NCBI GenBank assembly: GCA_964016885.1
Contig: OZ024762.1
Coordinates: 14,880,001 to 14,944,000 of the forward strand
Direction: 5' to 3'
Source of the DNA: Eledone cirrhosa
Lineage: Eukaryota
Length of the DNA: 64,000 nucleotides
This document shows, in pieces, positions 61,970-64,000 of this stretch; position 1 is the stretch's first letter; every line of letters starts with the position of its first letter. The position numbers and the translations under genes are program-made. The notes under the pieces are model-generated. The model saw only the letters and a list, made by a program, of their open reading frames with translations. It was not told the DNA's origin and did no database searches.

Positions 61970-62113
61970 ATGGCAACCAGACAGCAAAAGCGTTGAAATT
62001 TTATCTGGCTTCGTTGGTGGAGCGACGTAAGACAGCGTGTATTAACACGGAGAAATTGGTGGTACCTTTATGTAACGTCGGCAAACTACTATCGGGACTC
62101 CAAGGAAAACACA
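61970..62113 (+). CDS. NTPase-TPR gene, coding exon 7 (gene continues beyond window)
   Basis: TTTACAG acceptor and A/GTGAGT donor. (N)GNQTAKALKFYLASLVERRK..LCNVGKLLSGLQGKH, phase 1/1. Confidence 0.8.
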
Positions 62114-62517
62114 GTGAGTTCACTAAACTCTTTCTAATGTATTTTCGATATCAAACATTAACTAACACACCATGGGACATCACATCCAGCTCTGTCGGTT
62201 TATCTTGTAAGGTTTTTGTGTCATATATTTAGGGGGTCTTGGGAGAATCTCAGACCTGCCAACCTCTAAAAACCTATATATATATATATAAATATATATA
62301 TATATAAATATAGAAACGGTATATATTTTATCTAATGATTCTAAAGACATGATTTATGATATATATATATATATATATACGTTATTCCGGGTTGAGTCGG
62401 AGGTAACCACAGTAAGTAAGGTACTCAATACATTGCAGAGTATAAAAGTTTTAATATAGATGAGATTCCTGAGATCTCTGATTCCTGATGATTTCTAAAG
62501 AATGAAACAGTTCTAGT

Positions 62518-62579
<62 letters not shown>

Positions 62580-62737
62580 GATAACAAGTTTTGATGAGAG
62601 ACACACACTGTATTTAAGGTCGAGTGACACAATTTCGAGTGATTAACAGCCTTTAGACTCACCTGATCAATGAAACAATTGTTAATACTGTAAATAAAAC
62701 CCTTTTTGTACAGCCGACCATGTTATTCTTTACTCTT

Positions 62738-62802
<65 letters not shown>

Positions 62803-63050
62803 ACGAGTAGGACCCGACGGCTGAGCTCAAGCCGTTTCGACGGCTAATTCTGGACCAGAATTCTGGTCCAGAATTAGCCGTCGAAACGGCTTGAGCTCAG
62901 CCGTTGGGGTCCTACTCGTTCCTATTACCCACTCTACTACCCTAAGTATTGAGTACTTTGGTGCGTTATGGTCCACCTGGTTCCTTACCACATTTGCAAC
63001 CACAGAATTACTACTGATTTTTGACAATCACTTTGACCATATATGGAATT

Positions 63051-63144
63051 ACCCCTTGAGAAGATCGGCTATTTAAATACCAGGATAAATTTTCATTTAG
63101 TCCAGAATTAGCCGTCGAAACGGCTTGAGCTCAGCTGTCGGGGT
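63051..63144 (+). ncRNA. Type-I hammerhead motif with U3:A8 core (family L, only complete copy)
   Basis: ACCCC-TTGAGAA-GATCGGCTA...TAGCCGTC-GAAA-CGGCTTGAGCTCAGCTG-TC-GGGGT. Confidence 0.72.
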
Positions 63145-63235
63145 CTTACTGGTTCCTATTACCCACTCTACTACCTCAAGTATTGAGTACTTTGGTGCGT
63201 TATGGTCCACCTGGTTCCTTACCACATTTCCTTCG

Positions 63236-63297
<62 letters not shown>

Positions 63298-63656
63298 AAC
63301 CTACCAGCTTCTAAAAACCCAAACGGGGAGTACCATGAAAAAAAAGTGCCCCATTACGGGGAGAAATGAGGCAAAATGGGGAGATTTTACATAATGAAAG
63401 TTATACGTATTTTCACAAGAGAAGACATCTCTCACCCACCTCAATGTGGGTGGGAGATCTCCCCGTCGGGGAGAGTTGACAGGTCTGTTGTCTTACTTTT
63501 TGTGTCACATATTTAAGAGATCTAGGGACAATCTGTGTGTGTTTGTATGAATACAAACTGAGTATAAAATCGGAATATATATATATATGTATAAATCGGA
63601 ATATATATATATATATATATATGTATATAATAACTTTTTCATTACCATTATAAGGA

Positions 63657-63740
63657 GTCTGACGAGTCGCGGATTACAGATTCGGGCTAGATCGATACAG
63701 ATCGAACCTTGAGCTGAGCAGTGGCGAAACGCGCGTCACC
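63657..63740 (+). ncRNA. Hammerhead motif (family H)
   Basis: CTGACGA-GTCGC...GTGGC-GAAA-CGCGCG-TC-ACC, then AATAAA. The element runs to ~63898 and ends in (TA)n. Confidence 0.65.
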
Positions 63741-63900
63741 AACCAATAAACGTAATGAAGGAGTAACCAATCGTCCTTGTTATCTTATTTCACTATAATA
63801 CACTCTGTCTAGCTCTACACCTCGACACTGAAGTGAACCTAAACACCGAGTGCTCACCCAGGTGAACCTACAGTAACTCCAAGTTACACTCCCTGGATAT

Positions 63901-63935
<35 letters not shown>

Positions 63936-64000
63936 GATATCATATATATATATATATATATATCATATATATATATAAATATATAAATGTATAGTGACAA

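Overview
This is AT-rich, microsatellite-saturated animal genomic DNA. The SINE repertoire and (TA)n/(CA)n load suggest an octopod/coleoid cephalopod (inference). Almost all ORF-track entries are translations of simple repeats. One real protein-coding gene can be assembled by hand on the + strand: 7 phase-consistent GT-AG exons from 47021 to 62113, continuing past the window. It encodes a STAND/NB-ARC-like P-loop NTPase followed by TPR-like repeats. The rest is decayed LINEs (R4-like, CRE-like, RTE, CR1/L2-like), a split mariner, MITEs, tRNA-derived SINEs and minisatellites. The main signal lies in the short 'islands' between (TA)n tracts. About 25-30 of them carry type-I hammerhead ribozyme (HHR) motifs from roughly 12 sequence families, with palindromic stem III and base-pair covariation between copies, and many are arranged as fold-back inverted repeats, as in Penelope-like element (PLE) ends or retrozymes. 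Three unrelated families share a non-canonical U3:A8 core (UUGANAA). One of these is a 591-nt tandem dimer inside the gene's intron. One fold-back element has captured a 112-nt antisense copy of the host gene's own exon. All structures were read by eye and none was computed or tested.
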